Notes under the pieces: model-generated | Database searches by the model: none | Told to the model about the DNA's origin: nothing | What the model saw: the letters and a program-made list of their open reading frames with translations, nothing else | Translations under genes and position numbers: made by a program | NCBI GenBank assembly: GCA_905178155.1 | Contig: CAJINV010000013.1 | Location: 1,512,392 to 1,576,391 of the forward strand | Direction of reading: 5' to 3' | DNA: 64,000 nt | DNA from: Amoebophrya sp. A120 | Lineage: Eukaryota; Protista; Dinoflagellata | Shown here: positions 44,345 to 56,900 of the stretch, one piece after another | Numbering within the stretch: the stretch's first letter is position 1 | Layout of the letters: each line of letters begins with the position of its first letter

Positions 44345-47300
44345 TCAATGCTTCTTCTCCGCTGCCGCCGCAGGTCGGACGCCGCCACTCGACGAGGACG
44401 CAGAATTTGTTCGCGTCTTGATCTTTTTTCTTCGGGAAGCATGATAGAGGTCGCTCGTAAAGTCGTAGGGAATGGAAATCGCAAAGTTAGAACAACTCGA
44501 AGAGGACACTGTGTTGGTTGTACAACTCATCGACGCCCTCTTGTTCACGTCCTCGACGTCGGTGCTCCTTGTTGACGTTGAAAAGGCAGCGGCATTGGAA
44601 AGCACCTTCCGACGCTTCAACGCTTTTCCTTCAGTGTCCTCGTCCACCGCAACACAAGAACTGCTAGTGAAAGAAGAACCAGCAGCCGTCTGGCCATCTT
44701 CCACTTGACAGTCTGCTTTGTCCTGTACTAGTCCATCATTCAGATGACGACACAGACGGTCTTCACAATCAGCTGGTTCATCTCCGTCCGCAAGGATGAA
44801 GGACTCTGTCGCTGTACTAGTGTCAAACAGTGCAGCCCGGCGTCCCTTGCTTCTCTCCAAGAAGGCTTCCATTTTCGAGACCACCTCGTAGATGCGCTTC
44901 GGGAATTTGTTGCGAAAGTACTCGTCGCGCAGGCAGAGATTCACCGTCTCGATGAAGGCATACTGCAGCCTGCGCAACAGATCGGATTTCCGCAACCGCT
45001 TCCAAATCTCGTCCACGTCCGCGCCCAGCGACGGAAAAAAGGTCAGGTCCGACAAATTTTTTCGCAACAAAGCCGTTCTGATGATCTTGGAATTCTGCAC
45101 GCCTCCTCCAGTTGTTGATGTTGTCTTCGCGGTAGTTGTTGGCGCACTAGCACTGAGTGGTCCTTGATGTTTCATGTGCGCTGCGCCAGCTGCCCGTGCT
45201 TTCCGTTCCAAAAAGTCCTGCTCCTCCTTTTCCAAAACCGACGCGACACTATCCAAGGGAAAAAGTAAAAGTGTTAGTTACTTACTAGTACTACACCAGT
45301 GCAAAATAAACAGTCTGCATAGAATAAGCATTCATGCGACCGATTTGGCATAGAAGATTCTGCAGTGTGTAACTACAACACTTTTTTCTTTGCATAAGTG
45401 ACTACGTTCATGTAGTTCGGAAACTCCTCAGCCCAGAAATAGGCGCCCTCGATCACAAACTTTTCGAACGGGTCGATCTTCGTGCCTGTCCTCTTTGTCA
45501 TGCTGTTAGTGAGGTCGTTGATAATTTCATCTTCGTCGCCTTCACCACCACAGGAGCTGCTGATATTTTTACAACTACCTGCATCTTTATACAAACCACG
45601 TTCCATGTCGGCCACAACATCGTAGTGCCTCGAGGAGGACGTCGTTTTATTGTCGTCCAAAAATTGTGGTCTCTTATCGCGGAGGTAGATGTGGCAGTCC
45701 TCGAGGTAGTCGACCGAATCGATCCACCGGTCCGCGATGTCGGTCAGCCGCTCCACCATGTCGTCCTTCACGTCCTCCAGTTCGTTCTCGGGCATCGCCA
45801 TGTCCTCGTACTTTTCCATGCCGACCGTGTCGAATCCCTTCCACTTGTTGCTCATGGACAGGAAATGCGCCACGTGCGTCTTGTTCAGTGTGATAATGTA
45901 TCAAATATAAAAATGTCTGGGTCTGGAAGATTGCAACTTGTCATGCTAAATCTGCAGCATGCAAAAATCTGTGTTGCATGCTTACCAAAAGTCGCCCAAT
46001 TTTGACCAAGTCGGGAGGTAGTTTCTCATGCAGGATAGGCATTAGAAAGTTCTCGCAGAATCTGTCATGCTAGCTCCGGCATTCCAGACCTCATGAGTCA
46101 TGGAAAAGCAGCATGACAAATCGCGCATTCTTCCAGACCCAGACATTTTTACACTTGATATAATGGATTCGTACGCGCAGATGTTCAGTTGGTGGGTGAT
46201 CGTCGGTGTCGGTGACAAAGAAGTCGGTGGACAACGGCTATGAAGTAGACCTTGGTGGTCCTTCTTGTTTTTGTTCGCCCCTGCAGCTTCGCCCTGCTCT
46301 ATTTGAAGATGTCTTTGTTCATCATCAGGCCAGCACCGTGTTTGCCCTTGTTCCACCACCGGGGCGGGGGGCTCCGTGACCGACAGCGTGACGTGCGGAA
46401 CGCCGCCGGTGAAGTAAAACACATCGCCCGGCTTGATCAGACAGACCGCCGCGGCCTTCTGCAGCAAGGACAGTTCCAGGTCCGGCAGTTTCATCTTGAT
46501 GTTGTTGACTTTTACTTGTTTTTCCGTTTGTTCTGTAGTGTTGGTCCGCTTGTCCTTCAGTTTTTTAGTACCTGCATCCTCTTCTGCTCCTTCGTCCATC
46601 ACCCGTGGATCCTCTTGTTCGCCACAGCTTGATGTTCTTTCAACTTGTTCAACTACGGGGACCCGGGGTAGAAACAGGCAGTCGGACACCTTTGTCAGCA
46701 GCTCACTGGTGGTCTGCACCGGCCACGCGGCCAGCAGCTTGTAGCCGGTCCAGTTTTTGCCGATGTTCTGCCACAGAATCTGGTCGATGTGCAGCGCCTT
46801 GCCACTGCGGTCGCCGCCGAGAAACACACCCTCGTCGTACCGGTCCCAATACAGCGTGTAGTCGCCGTACTCCGCGCACACGTCGCGCATGTCCCGCTTC
46901 AGACTCGTGCGCACCTTCTCCTTCCGCTGCAGCGGGTGGTAGATCTCGTGGTTGTACCGCAACTCGGTCATGTACAACGTGTTCTCAATCTTCCCCGCAG
47001 GTTTTGCGGACGTCGGTGGCGACGTAGTAGACGTACTAGCAGTGCCAGCATCATGATCCGTACTAGTAGTTTTACTACTTTCTCGTTCTCGCTGCAGCAA
47101 ACTTTCCAGTGCGGTAATCTGCGAACTCAGGTCCTTGGCCTTGCAGACCTCCTTCTGGTACAGAAGCTTGCATGAAGATGTTGATGAGGCACAATTAGAA
47201 GTAGAGGTAGCAGGAGCAGTAGTAGTTTTATCTGCCTGCAGTCCATCTGTGCTTCTGCTTTTCGGAAGCTGCAGGCTCTTGCACTGCTCTGGCGGGTCCT

Positions 47301-48623
47301 CCCGGTCGTGCTGGTAACTCTGACACGTCGTAGGTTCTGTCTCCGCCGGGCTCGCTTCCCCCTCAGTGGTGGAGGTCGGGGACGGAGCGATAAACGATCC
47401 CGCTGTGGCCGTGGTCGCGGCACACGAGTACAACAAGTTCTTCTCCGCGAAAACGTTTTTAGTACTCGCATCTGTTGTAGTTCCCTCCGTGGTTCCTTCG
47501 CCCCCTCTTGCAGGAGGAACTCCTCCTGCGTCAGCACCACCATCATCCTCACAGACGGTGACTGGTTCTACTTTGACGTCCTTCTCCACCAGGTACTGCA
47601 CGCGGGCCTTGTACTTTTCCTCCAACCCGCGCTTCCGAATCTCGAGCAGGAATTCGCGCACATTTCCCGCCTGCAGCAGGCACTCCGCGAGCTCGGGCTC
47701 GAAACAGTCCTTAATCTCCAGCTGCAGCTTCCGACAACCGTCGCCTGTGTTGAGCACGACCGAGGAGTTGGGTAAAGATGCAAATAGGATAAACCAAGTA
47801 GAAGTACACAACTAGACTGCATGATATAATGGAAGCAATATCAAAAACTCTTCCACGTCGGGCATCTAATGATGAGCAAAACCAAAAAGTCCTTCGTTCG
47901 TAGTTCATGTGTAAATAGCGCAGAAAAACTTTAAATATAGCAATACGCAAAACGCAGACACCGTGCAGGAAGTCTCCGGTGAGCAAGTGGTCGATGAATT
48001 CCACGGGATCGTCAAAATAACGGGGTCTGTATTTTTCGAACAATTCCAACGGCCATAGGGAGGCCAACCGCTCCTCTGTTTTTCCGGATTAGGATGAAAA
48101 CATTTTGAAAGTAAAATTTCTTTTCATGCTTTTACCCGAGCCCGACTACGTGAAAAAACTAAAACAACCTAATCTGAAAACGTTAAGGTTAACAGCACGA
48201 CAACATATTGTCGTGCTCGATTTAAGGTTTAAATGGAGTTTGATGTTTACTGCCGCACTATCTACAGCATCTCGTCTCTTCAAGGAAACTACAGTATCAA
48301 CTCGTGAAGTAAGTACCCTGTTCGTTTGCAAATACGGAGTCCGTCCGCGGCGGCGCGGCGGGTGGAGCGCTAGCATCCCCCCCGGAAGCGGCTATCGATG
48401 ATGCGGTCCTCCCATGCAAAGCTGCCATCGCTGACGCTCGAGAAGAAGATGGCGACGCCGAGGATGTTGGGGCGGAAATAGTACTTTTGTCGGCCAACAC
48501 GTGGATTCCAGTCCCGGTGTCCACCTCCTCACCGATCAGCGCTGAAGCTCCTGTTCCTGCTCCTTCATCTCCTTCCAGTACCTCGGGTCTCATTTCCAGT
48601 GTCGAGCAGGAAGTACCGGCCAT
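44345..48623 (-). CDS. JmjC/cupin-like 2OG-Fe(II) oxygenase domain protein, ~1133 aa (last exon tentative)
   Basis: VFLGGDRSGKALHIDQ...GYKLLAAWP...LIKPGDVFYFTGGVPHVT gives an HxD...H triad. In-frame GT-AG introns 48076-48316 and 47745-47961, introner 45899-46160. Joining to the 44345 ORF needs the degenerate 45250-45396 element removed; otherwise the stop is at 45373. Confidence 0.7.
45250..45396. mobile_element. Degenerate family C introner relic (147 bp)
   Basis: Right end GTGTAACTACAACACTTTTTTCTTTGCATA matches family C; left end TATCCAAGGGAAAAAGT. TSD not recognisable, but removing element+5 nt keeps the frame. Confidence 0.6.
45899..46160. mobile_element. Introner/MITE, family B (262 bp)
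   Basis: TSD TAATG; frame restored (AYESIITLNKTHVAHF). Confidence 0.95.
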
Positions 48624-50017
48624 CTTTGGGGTACGAAATCTGCTGGGACGTAGGTCTTGTAGTTCTAGCTACAAATGGCGGAGGTCCTAATTACTTTAGT
48701 ACGTTGCTGGTCGTCTCAAACTTGTGGAATTATATCTTACTGCAAGGCGACCTAAAATGTTCTTCAATTTAGCTGTCGATCACACTCGCCCGCAATGAAG
48801 GCACAAATGAAAATCAGCGGGACCGTAAGACATGGATGAAGAGCGGGTGATACAGACATGAACATATCCATGAAGATGAGCCGCAGGCACCTGTTTCAAT
48901 ATCAATTCTTTGGTAACTTGTTTTACTCTTCAACTTCAAACAGAAATTGAAAGCTGCTTTGCCAGTGCTTGATCCCGGTTCTTTTTGCGATCGCCCAACC
49001 ATCAAAACGAGCACCATGATAGAACATGTACATGCCATGGGAAAACAACTTCTACAACAACTACAACACTGAGTCATATTTATAACTTCTCCTCGTCTTG
49101 GACTGGCTGCATCCAGCCTCGTGGCATCAAACACATTTCTGGAATAAGACACGAACTACTTTGTCGATATCGGATTTTTCGTCTTCATTTTTTTGTACAT
49201 CGATCTCGCGTTCTTGATTTCGAAAGAATTTTAATTTTCTCCCATGCATGGAAAGAAAACAAGATGCAAAAATTTATAATTAATAGAATAAATCAGGCAT
49301 CTCTAGTTTGTCCCGTTTGTGAAAAGCCTTTCTTGTTTATCTTGTACAGAGGGACCAGCTTGTCATGATGGCTTGGCTTAATGCACATTAATTTTGATTT
49401 ATGTTGAAGTTTATCATTTACCCGCTGCAGTATGCAGATTCTTTGTCGTCTCTCTGGCTGCTTGATGCTTGTGGTACAACATGATCGGGCAAGAAAAAAC
49501 AACAAGAGTATTTTGTCTGGTGTGGACCACAGTGGTTTTTCAATTTACATTATGTCTTTGGTTTTTCAATCATACGTGTTCATCTAAGATCGATTATACA
49601 GTTTTCTCCAACATATTAAGTATGTTCTGACAAGGCACGAAAGCTACAACCCTTTGCCCTCCAGTCCCTCCCTCCTCGTTCTTGTGCGTGCCGTCACAAG
49701 TTCACTGATCCTCGCTTCCCTGTTCCGCCGGACCGACCGACAACGCCGCATGATTCGCCGTGGATTCCTCCTGATTCGCGTCCGTCCTGGCCCCGTCGTT
49801 CACCACGATTTTTCCGTCCGTGTCCTCGTGGTATTCCTGGTCGTCACTGCCCATGCCGCCGGCTTGCTCGTCCAGAGTCATGACATGTCTCTCCCCCGGC
49901 GCAGACAGCTGCAGCTTTGATGTGAGCCCCTCGGCACGACCTGACAGATGCACATAATTTTCTTGCCGAATCCGCATGCCCATGCGTGCCGTCAGCACAG
50001 CCGACACTGACACTGTT

Positions 50018-50940
50018 CAAACTTTCCAAAGCTGTCGCGATTTGCGAGACCGCTCACCGCCCAACGGCCAACGGCAGCCGGCCAAATCGCAAACGGCCAA
50101 CGGCCAAATCGCACGCGGCCAATGGCCAACGGCCAACGGCCAAATCGCAAACGGCCAACGGCCAAGGGCCAACGGCCAAATCGCAAACGGCCAACGGCCA
50201 ACGGCCAAATCGCAAACGGCCAAATCGCAAACGGCCAACGGCCAACGGTTAACGGCCAAATCGCAAACGGCCAACGGTTAACGGCCAAATCGCAAACGGC
50301 CAACGGCCAACGGTTAACGGCCAAATCGCAAACGGCCAACGGTTAACGGCCAAATCGCAAACGGCCAACGGTTAACGGCCAAATCGCAAACGGCCAACGG
50401 CCAAATCGCAAACGGCCAACGGCCAAATCGCAAACGGCCAACGGCCAGCGGTCATATCGCAAACGGCCAGCGGCCAGGCCGCAACTCGCAAAATAGTTTG
50501 CAACGCGACGCCAAGTATTCTGTAGCTTCAAAGATTTTGCGACAGACTCAAAATAATTCGCGAGTCCAAATATTTTGCAACGCAAAAAGTGTCTCAATGA
50601 GCTGCGCGCGTTAAAACTTTGCGACGGGGAGGAAAATCGCCCACGCCGGCAATTTTTTGAAAGTTTTGAAACTTTCCAAAGCTGTCGCGATTTGCGAAAT
50701 CGCTCACCGCCCAACGGCCAACGGCAACCGGCCAAATCGCAAACGGCCAACGGCCAAATCGCACACGGCCAATGGCCAACGGCCAACGGCCAAATCGCAA
50801 ACGGCCAATGGCCAGCGGCCAAATCACAAACGGCCGCCGCTTAGCGGCCAAATCGCAAACGGCCAACGGTTAACGGCCACCGGCCAAATCGCAAACGGCC
50901 AGCGGTCAAATCGCAAACGGCCAGCGGCCAAGCCGCAACT
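50018..50940. repeat. Two copies (starts ~650 bp apart) of a compound minisatellite built from AACGGCC and AAATCGCAAACGGCC
   Basis: Header AAACTTTCCAAAGCTGTCGCGATTTGCGA at ~50019 and ~50669, each followed by the repeat array. Confidence 0.9.
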
Positions 50941-51197
50941 CGCGAAATATTTTGCAACTCCAAACATTCTGTAGCTCCAGAGATTTTGCGACAGAAAAAA
51001 AATACTCCGCAAGTCCAAACATTTTGCACAGCACAACACTTCTCAACCCAAAACATTTCGCGACTCCAGAGATTCTGTAGCTTCAAAGATTTTGCGACTC
51101 AGAATATTTCGCAAGTCCAAATATTTTGCAACGCAAAACATTTCTCAACCCAAAACATTTCGCAACTCCAAACATTTTGCAAGTTCAAATATTCTAT

Positions 51198-51435
51198 CGC
51201 CAACGGGAAACGGCCAACGGGAAGCGGCCAACGGGAAGCGGCCAACTGGAAACGGCCAACGGGAACCGGCCAACGGGAACCGGCCAACGGGAAACGGCCA
51301 ACGGGAAACGAAACGGCCAACGGGAAACGGCCAACGGGAAACGTACGGCCAACGGGAAACGTACGGCCAACGGGAAACGGCCAACGGGAAACGGCCAGCG
51401 GGAAACGGCCAGCGGGAAACGGCCAACGGGAAACG
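51198..51435. repeat. Minisatellite, ~14-bp unit CAACGGGAAACGGC
   Basis: Visible tandem array with variants. Confidence 0.9.
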
Positions 51436-51719
51436 TGTCGCAAAGGAAGCGAAATACTTTGCGGCGCAAAATATTTCGCAACGCAAAACATTTCACAACT
51501 CGAAAAATTTCCCAACGAAAAATATTTTGCCAGCCAAAAACCTCGCAAGCCGGAAAATTTTGCAACTCGAAATATTTCGCAAGCCCAAAAATTTTGCGCG
51601 TCGAAATATTTTGCACGCCCGAAAATTTTGCAAGCCCAAAAATAAACTTCGCAAGCCCAAAAATAAACTTCGCAACAACCTTCCAACCAAACCGCCTCTC
51701 CCATTTTTGCAGCTTTGAA

Positions 51720-51997
51720 GGCGGGGGGCACGGGGGGAGCGGGGAACACGGGGAAAACGGGAAGCACGGGGAAGACTGGAAACACAGGAAAAGCGCGCGG
51801 GAAGCCCGGGGGAAGCGGATGGAAAGCACGGGGAAGGCGGGAAGCGCGGCGAAAGCGGCCGGGAAGCACGGGGAAGGTGGGGAGCATGGGGAAAGCGGAA
51901 AGCACGGGGAAAGCGGGAAGCACGGGGAAAGCGGGAAGCACGGGGAAAGCGGGAAGCACGGGGAAAGCGGGAAGCACGGGGAAAGCGGGAGGCACGG
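51720..51997. repeat. Purine-rich minisatellite, 18-bp unit GCGGGAAGCACGGGGAAA
   Basis: Visible tandem array, most regular at 51895-51990. Confidence 0.9.
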
Positions 51998-53568
51998 GGG
52001 GCGGGGCCGCGGAGCATCGGCCCAAGGGGACAGCCGCCCGCGCCCCAGCACCAGGCCCACACGCGAGCAGCTGCCCACCACCCTCCCCCGGCGCCCCCCC
52101 TCTGCTCACGAGGAGACTGGGAGAGGGCGCCACCGTCCGCCTCTCTGCCTGCCCGCCTCTCTTGGATGGAGGCTCGCTCGCTCGCTGCGCGCGAGGGGAG
52201 GCGGGGGCGGAACAGATTGCGCGCAAGCTAGCGCGTGGGGCGCCGTTGTTGCCCAGGGGTGCGGGGGGGGGGCGGTGGGCCCCTACGCCTGGAAAGCAAT
52301 GAATGCCCTGCCCCGGCGCCCGTCCTCGCTGACTCTACCCAAGCGCGCAACAGGGGCCCCAACAAGCACCGGCCCTGCAAGACCGCGCGCGGGAGAAGGG
52401 CGGGGGGGGCACCAACGCGCAAAGGAGCAGGGCGCACCGGCAGGCGTCACAGACGGGCCACAAAGCAGACGCGCGGGCGGGGCGTGACGCGCCAGAGCCG
52501 CGCATGGCGCGGGCTGTGCTCCTGCCTCCTACCTTCCCCCGCCCACTGGCGCCCGCCCGCTGCCGCGCTTTGCGTTGTTGTGCCTAGGGCTTGCCGTCAG
52601 AAACGCGGGCCCAATACGGGCGGGGCCCTCGCACTCACACAACGACGGAGACCACGGGCGCGATGGCGCACCGCCTTCGTTCTTACTTTGAACACGAAGC
52701 GGCGCAGAGGCTTGGCCCCGCCCTGCATCAAAATTTTTTCCCCTTGCCCCCCCTCTGGCGTTTTTCTTTCCCCCCTTTCAACTCGTTCACCCTCCCACTG
52801 CGCGACATAAGCTGCGGCCTTGTAAGACATGTTGGTGCTCAGCACTCCTTTACAGTCGACAATAACCGTCGTGCACGACGCAACTACGCACTGGTGATAC
52901 CCTGTACAGCACGACCACAATCATCGAAACAAAAAGCTGTGCCAGATTTACAATCTACCTATACCTGGAGACACCGGTCCCGCCCCGCTGATCGATAGAA
53001 ACGAGAGGAATTGCTCTTCGTGCACCGGCGCGTTGGTATAGCCGCGTGGAGGAGCCACGGCGATTTCGCCCGAAGCAAGTAGCACATCAGAGGACTGGTG
53101 GACGCGACCGGACTTTCCACCACGATGCAGATGGAGTTGACTGGCAGCCTTCGCGTCCCCCGCGTCCGGACGATTCTCTGCAGTCGTTGCGTCCGATGTT
53201 GAAACACCTTCCCCAAGAAAGCTGCTGCTGCTGCTGGACACTCGGTATACACCAGGCACCCCTTTCTTGATTCGGTCGGCGTCAATATCGGCTTGCTTTG
53301 CTCGAATATCCTCAGCATCAAGACTTTGACGCACCGCGGTAACCCCCTCAGTAGCAATCCGTTGATGCAGCGCGGTCCTCCTTCGCTCCTCGTCTTGACG
53401 CCTTTCTTGCAGAGCGGCGTACTGCGGACTTTGCTGATATTCTTGAACAAGAGTCGCAATTTCGTTTTGGAACGACGCTTGGCTGACCGCAATCGGACAG
53501 CCATTAAAAGGGTTCCAGGACTTCGGTGTGCGCGTGCACCGCGAAAACTCAGAAAGCCCCAGTGTCTC

Positions 53569-53931
53569 TATGTATGGGAGTGTCAGGATTGAAATCGTCA
53601 AAGTTGAAATATTTTGTCTTCATGCTAAACCGACCGAAACCACTACACAAATAATCGTTTGTCATGCATAAAACGCAGCCCACAAAGTGCCTGTCTTGCA
53701 GAGTAGACAAGTGAGGCAGATTGCGAAAAGCCTGCTGAGGAGCAGTAGAAATAGAGCTGCTAAAGTAGCACGACAAAAGGCGTCTTCCTTACCCAAACAG
53801 CATGACAAACTGGATTTCGGCTCTGCCCAAATTTGTCAGGCGCCACTTGGAAACTGGGTTACAACTGGCATCCATTTTATGCCATGCCAAATCATTTCAA
53901 TTTTGTAGATTTCAAACCTGACGCTTCCATA
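53569..53931. mobile_element. Introner/MITE, family E, inverted relative to 41976, with a terminal TATG duplication
   Basis: TIR from 53573, TSD GTCTC/CTCTC; frame restored (CCTFWRE[T/R]LGLSEFSRC). Confidence 0.88.
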
Positions 53932-56900
53932 CTCTCCCTCCAAAACGTACAGCATTCACTGCTCGCTGGCCTGGCGTAGTCGCCATTGTAGTGGCAGCCA
54001 CCTTGGTCGCGAGGCAAGCCGTACCTTTCGTAGCTTAGGTGAGCGCAGGTAAAAAAGACTCCTGGTCCTCCTCCTTCATACGTCTGCATCAAGCCGGAGG
54101 TGCTGCTCACGTCGGCGCTAGACTGGATGGGTATCGCGTCGACAACAGGCAACCGGTCATCTGGTTCGACCTCCGCGACGTCGGTCTCCTCCGTTTCCTC
54201 CACCAGCTCCGCGGTGTCCAGAACGTCCACGTCCAGATCGTCACTGCCCATGCCGCCGGCTAGGCCGTTGAGAGTCATGATCTGCCTCTCCCCCGGCGCA
54301 GACAGTTGCAGCTTGGATGTGAGCCCCTCGGCCTCGGCACGACCTGAAAGGTGCACATACTTTTTTTGCCGCATGCGCATGCCTATGCGTGCTATTAGCA
54401 CAACCGACACTGTTATCTCAATACTCCTGCTGGTGGTCAGCACTCCTTTTCAGTCGAAAATAATCATCGTGCACGACGCAAGAACTAGGCACTGGTGATA
54501 CCCTGTACAGGAAGAGCAGCAGCAGCAACACGATCATCGAAACAAGAAAAACAGACTGTGCCAGATTTACAACCTATACCTGCAGACACCGTTCCCGCCC
54601 CGCTGATCGATAGCAACGAGAAGTGTCCCCCGGATGTCGCGTCGTGGACCGCAGCGCCAGTGTCGCTGGCTGGAGCCGCCGCCTCGGCGTCGCCAAATGT
54701 TGCAGCAGATGCGAGGCTCTTGAAGCCATCCTCGGTACGCCCGGAAATGTCGCCACGGCTAAGTAGTTGCTGCCCAGTAGATCCCGTCGCGTCTGTGGCT
54801 GCAACCTGTGGTGCGGCATCGCCGTCCACGAGAAAACTGCTCTGTGCGCCCCCACGGAGCCGGGGCGGGTTGGCACGGGGGGGGGGATTGGCACGGGGCT
54901 CTTGGACGAGGCCGTCACCACGTCGAGACGGCGCCCTCGCTTGCATTTCCTCGAAGTCGAACAAGACCCCTTGTTGTAAATCTTCCTGCGATCCATCCGG
55001 CGCGACGGGACGTCCCAGAACTAGGTCCTCCTGGTGTGTGCCAGCGAAGCAGCCATCCCTTACTGTACAGTACGTGGCTACTCGGCGTATTGGTCGTCTT
55101 TGCAGGCCTCGCCGTTGTGCGTCGGCCACCGCTGCATTCAGAACGTCTGCGGAGTCCAGCGTGTAATCTGAGCCGCCGTCAACTATCGAGTACTGCCATC
55201 GGAAATCACGGAAGTCTGTAACTGGGATCGGACAGTGGCGCAAAACTTGCCACGTCGACGGCGCCCTCTTGCAGGTTGGTTTCGAGTACACATCTTTCGG
55301 CTCCACCACTACACAACACTGCGCGCTCGCCATCCTCTGCAGGTTGCCTTCGTAGTAACAACCGCCGTCGGGTTTTCCAAATTTCATGTACCAACAGGTA
55401 AACAAAAATTTCGGTTCAGTGGTCTGCATCAAGCCGGAGGACGCGTCGGCGCTAGGCTGGACCACGTTCTTCGTGACGACATCAACAGGCAGCCGCTCAT
55501 CTCGCTCGACTTCGATCTCCGCGCCGTCAAGAAAGTCCGTTCCTTCCATTTCCTCCACCAGCTCCGCGGTGTCCAGAACGTCCACGTCCAGACTCGTCGG
55601 CTCCTGCTTGGCGGTGTTGACTCGTCCCAGCGACCGCGGAGGGAGCTGCCCATGCGCAGCCGCACGTGTAGGCGAGTGCTCGCCCTGTTGTACCGCCCGC
55701 ACCGCCTTTGGTTCTCCCGCTGCGACTTGGTGGTCTTCACCGGCTTCGTTTCGGGTCGTCGGACCAGTTTGTGCGGAAGCGAACACGAAGAGAAAACCTG
55801 AAAATTTTCGTCAGGGTGGAAACCTCGCTTGTATATGTATTCGCGCAGTTGTATTTTGTTTCTGCATCACATGTCCAGCAAAAGTTAAAATATATCCAAA
55901 GCATCATCCTGCATGGACCGACAAACATCAAGATAGGCAACCACCACACGAACTAACTACCTATGGCGCAACACGGATTTTGCACGGCCAATCCGGTCCA
56001 GGTGGAGATCGGTGCAAGAATTGTGACAAATGGCTTCCAGGAAAACAGCATCTTTAGCAAGCCGGTGGGGTACTTGCGAAGCAATGTGGAACCTTCTTCA
56101 CAGAGACGAAGGCGAAATTGCACGTCGTCGAAGGATTCTTTGTCTTTCGAACAAGTCCGGACCTGCTCAAGCCTACTTCAGATTGTAAGTGCGCCCACCG
56201 AGGACGAGAATTTCTCAGCGAAATAAGCTTGACTGGTGATGAGAATGCTCAAAATCCTCCGTGCAGCAGGAGAAGGAGCAGTGTAGGCAGTGGCAGAGTG
56301 ATTTTCGTTCGCAAGATCTATGCACTGTTTCAGATTGATTTGTTCCTATTTTTATCAAATTAGACGAATCTACTTATGATATGAAACGGTGTTCGCCTCA
56401 CGCAGAAAAAAAAATGAATCTCCATCGCTTCCTAAAAGGGTAGTTGGTGGGGTAACCGATTTCCATTCTCAACAATGATTTTCTCAACAATGATTTTTTC
56501 ATTTCAAAGTAGAAGTACGTGTACATACTTGGTTAAATAATGTATTTTGTTCCGCTCTGTGTCTATTTGGGTTCGGCGATGTTGAAGACGACCCGAACGC
56601 GAAATCATACGACAACTAAGCAAGGAAACAACGCGGCCCAAAGCCCAGTTTGGTTTCCGCAGCTTCTACAAGAATAGAAAAGCGAAATAAACGATATCTT
56701 CATGACGTTTGCTCCCTTACGACCGCACGAGGTGAAAGAGACGGAACTACCGAGGCAGACGACATCGACGAGACAAAAGACGGTGCGCATCATCGACCAC
56801 ATAACATTCTATCCGGCACAGGGGGTACTACTTGACGACGTACTGACTCGATGATGCCACGCGGGACTCTTTTTCTGATGTTTTCTTTTACGCGTCTAAT

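Larger units (their letters stand above)
49702..56051 (-). pseudogene. Internally tandem-duplicated Cys-rich, putatively secreted gene, apparently disrupted
   Basis: Two diverged units (LDVDVLDTAELVEE...GLMQT...FTC...GGCxY...CC...CPI...LSISGAG, then RxGMR.RQ..YVHLSGRAE...GGMGSDD); duplication junction ~54237/55592. In-frame TGA at 54450-54452 in one unit and a 2.8-kb insertion in the other. Parts may still be expressed; the 5' exon is tentative. Confidence 0.5.

Noticed and set aside
50018-51435. Possible CRISPR array or telomere
   Set aside because: No constant repeat with unique spacers, no cas genes, and no TTAGGG/TTTAGGG-type unit.
49976-52487. Long repetitive ORFs (TANGQ..., GKHGES..., FPVLPA...)
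   Set aside because: They are open in most frames on both strands because the 7/14/15/18-bp repeat units lack stops; no coding evidence.
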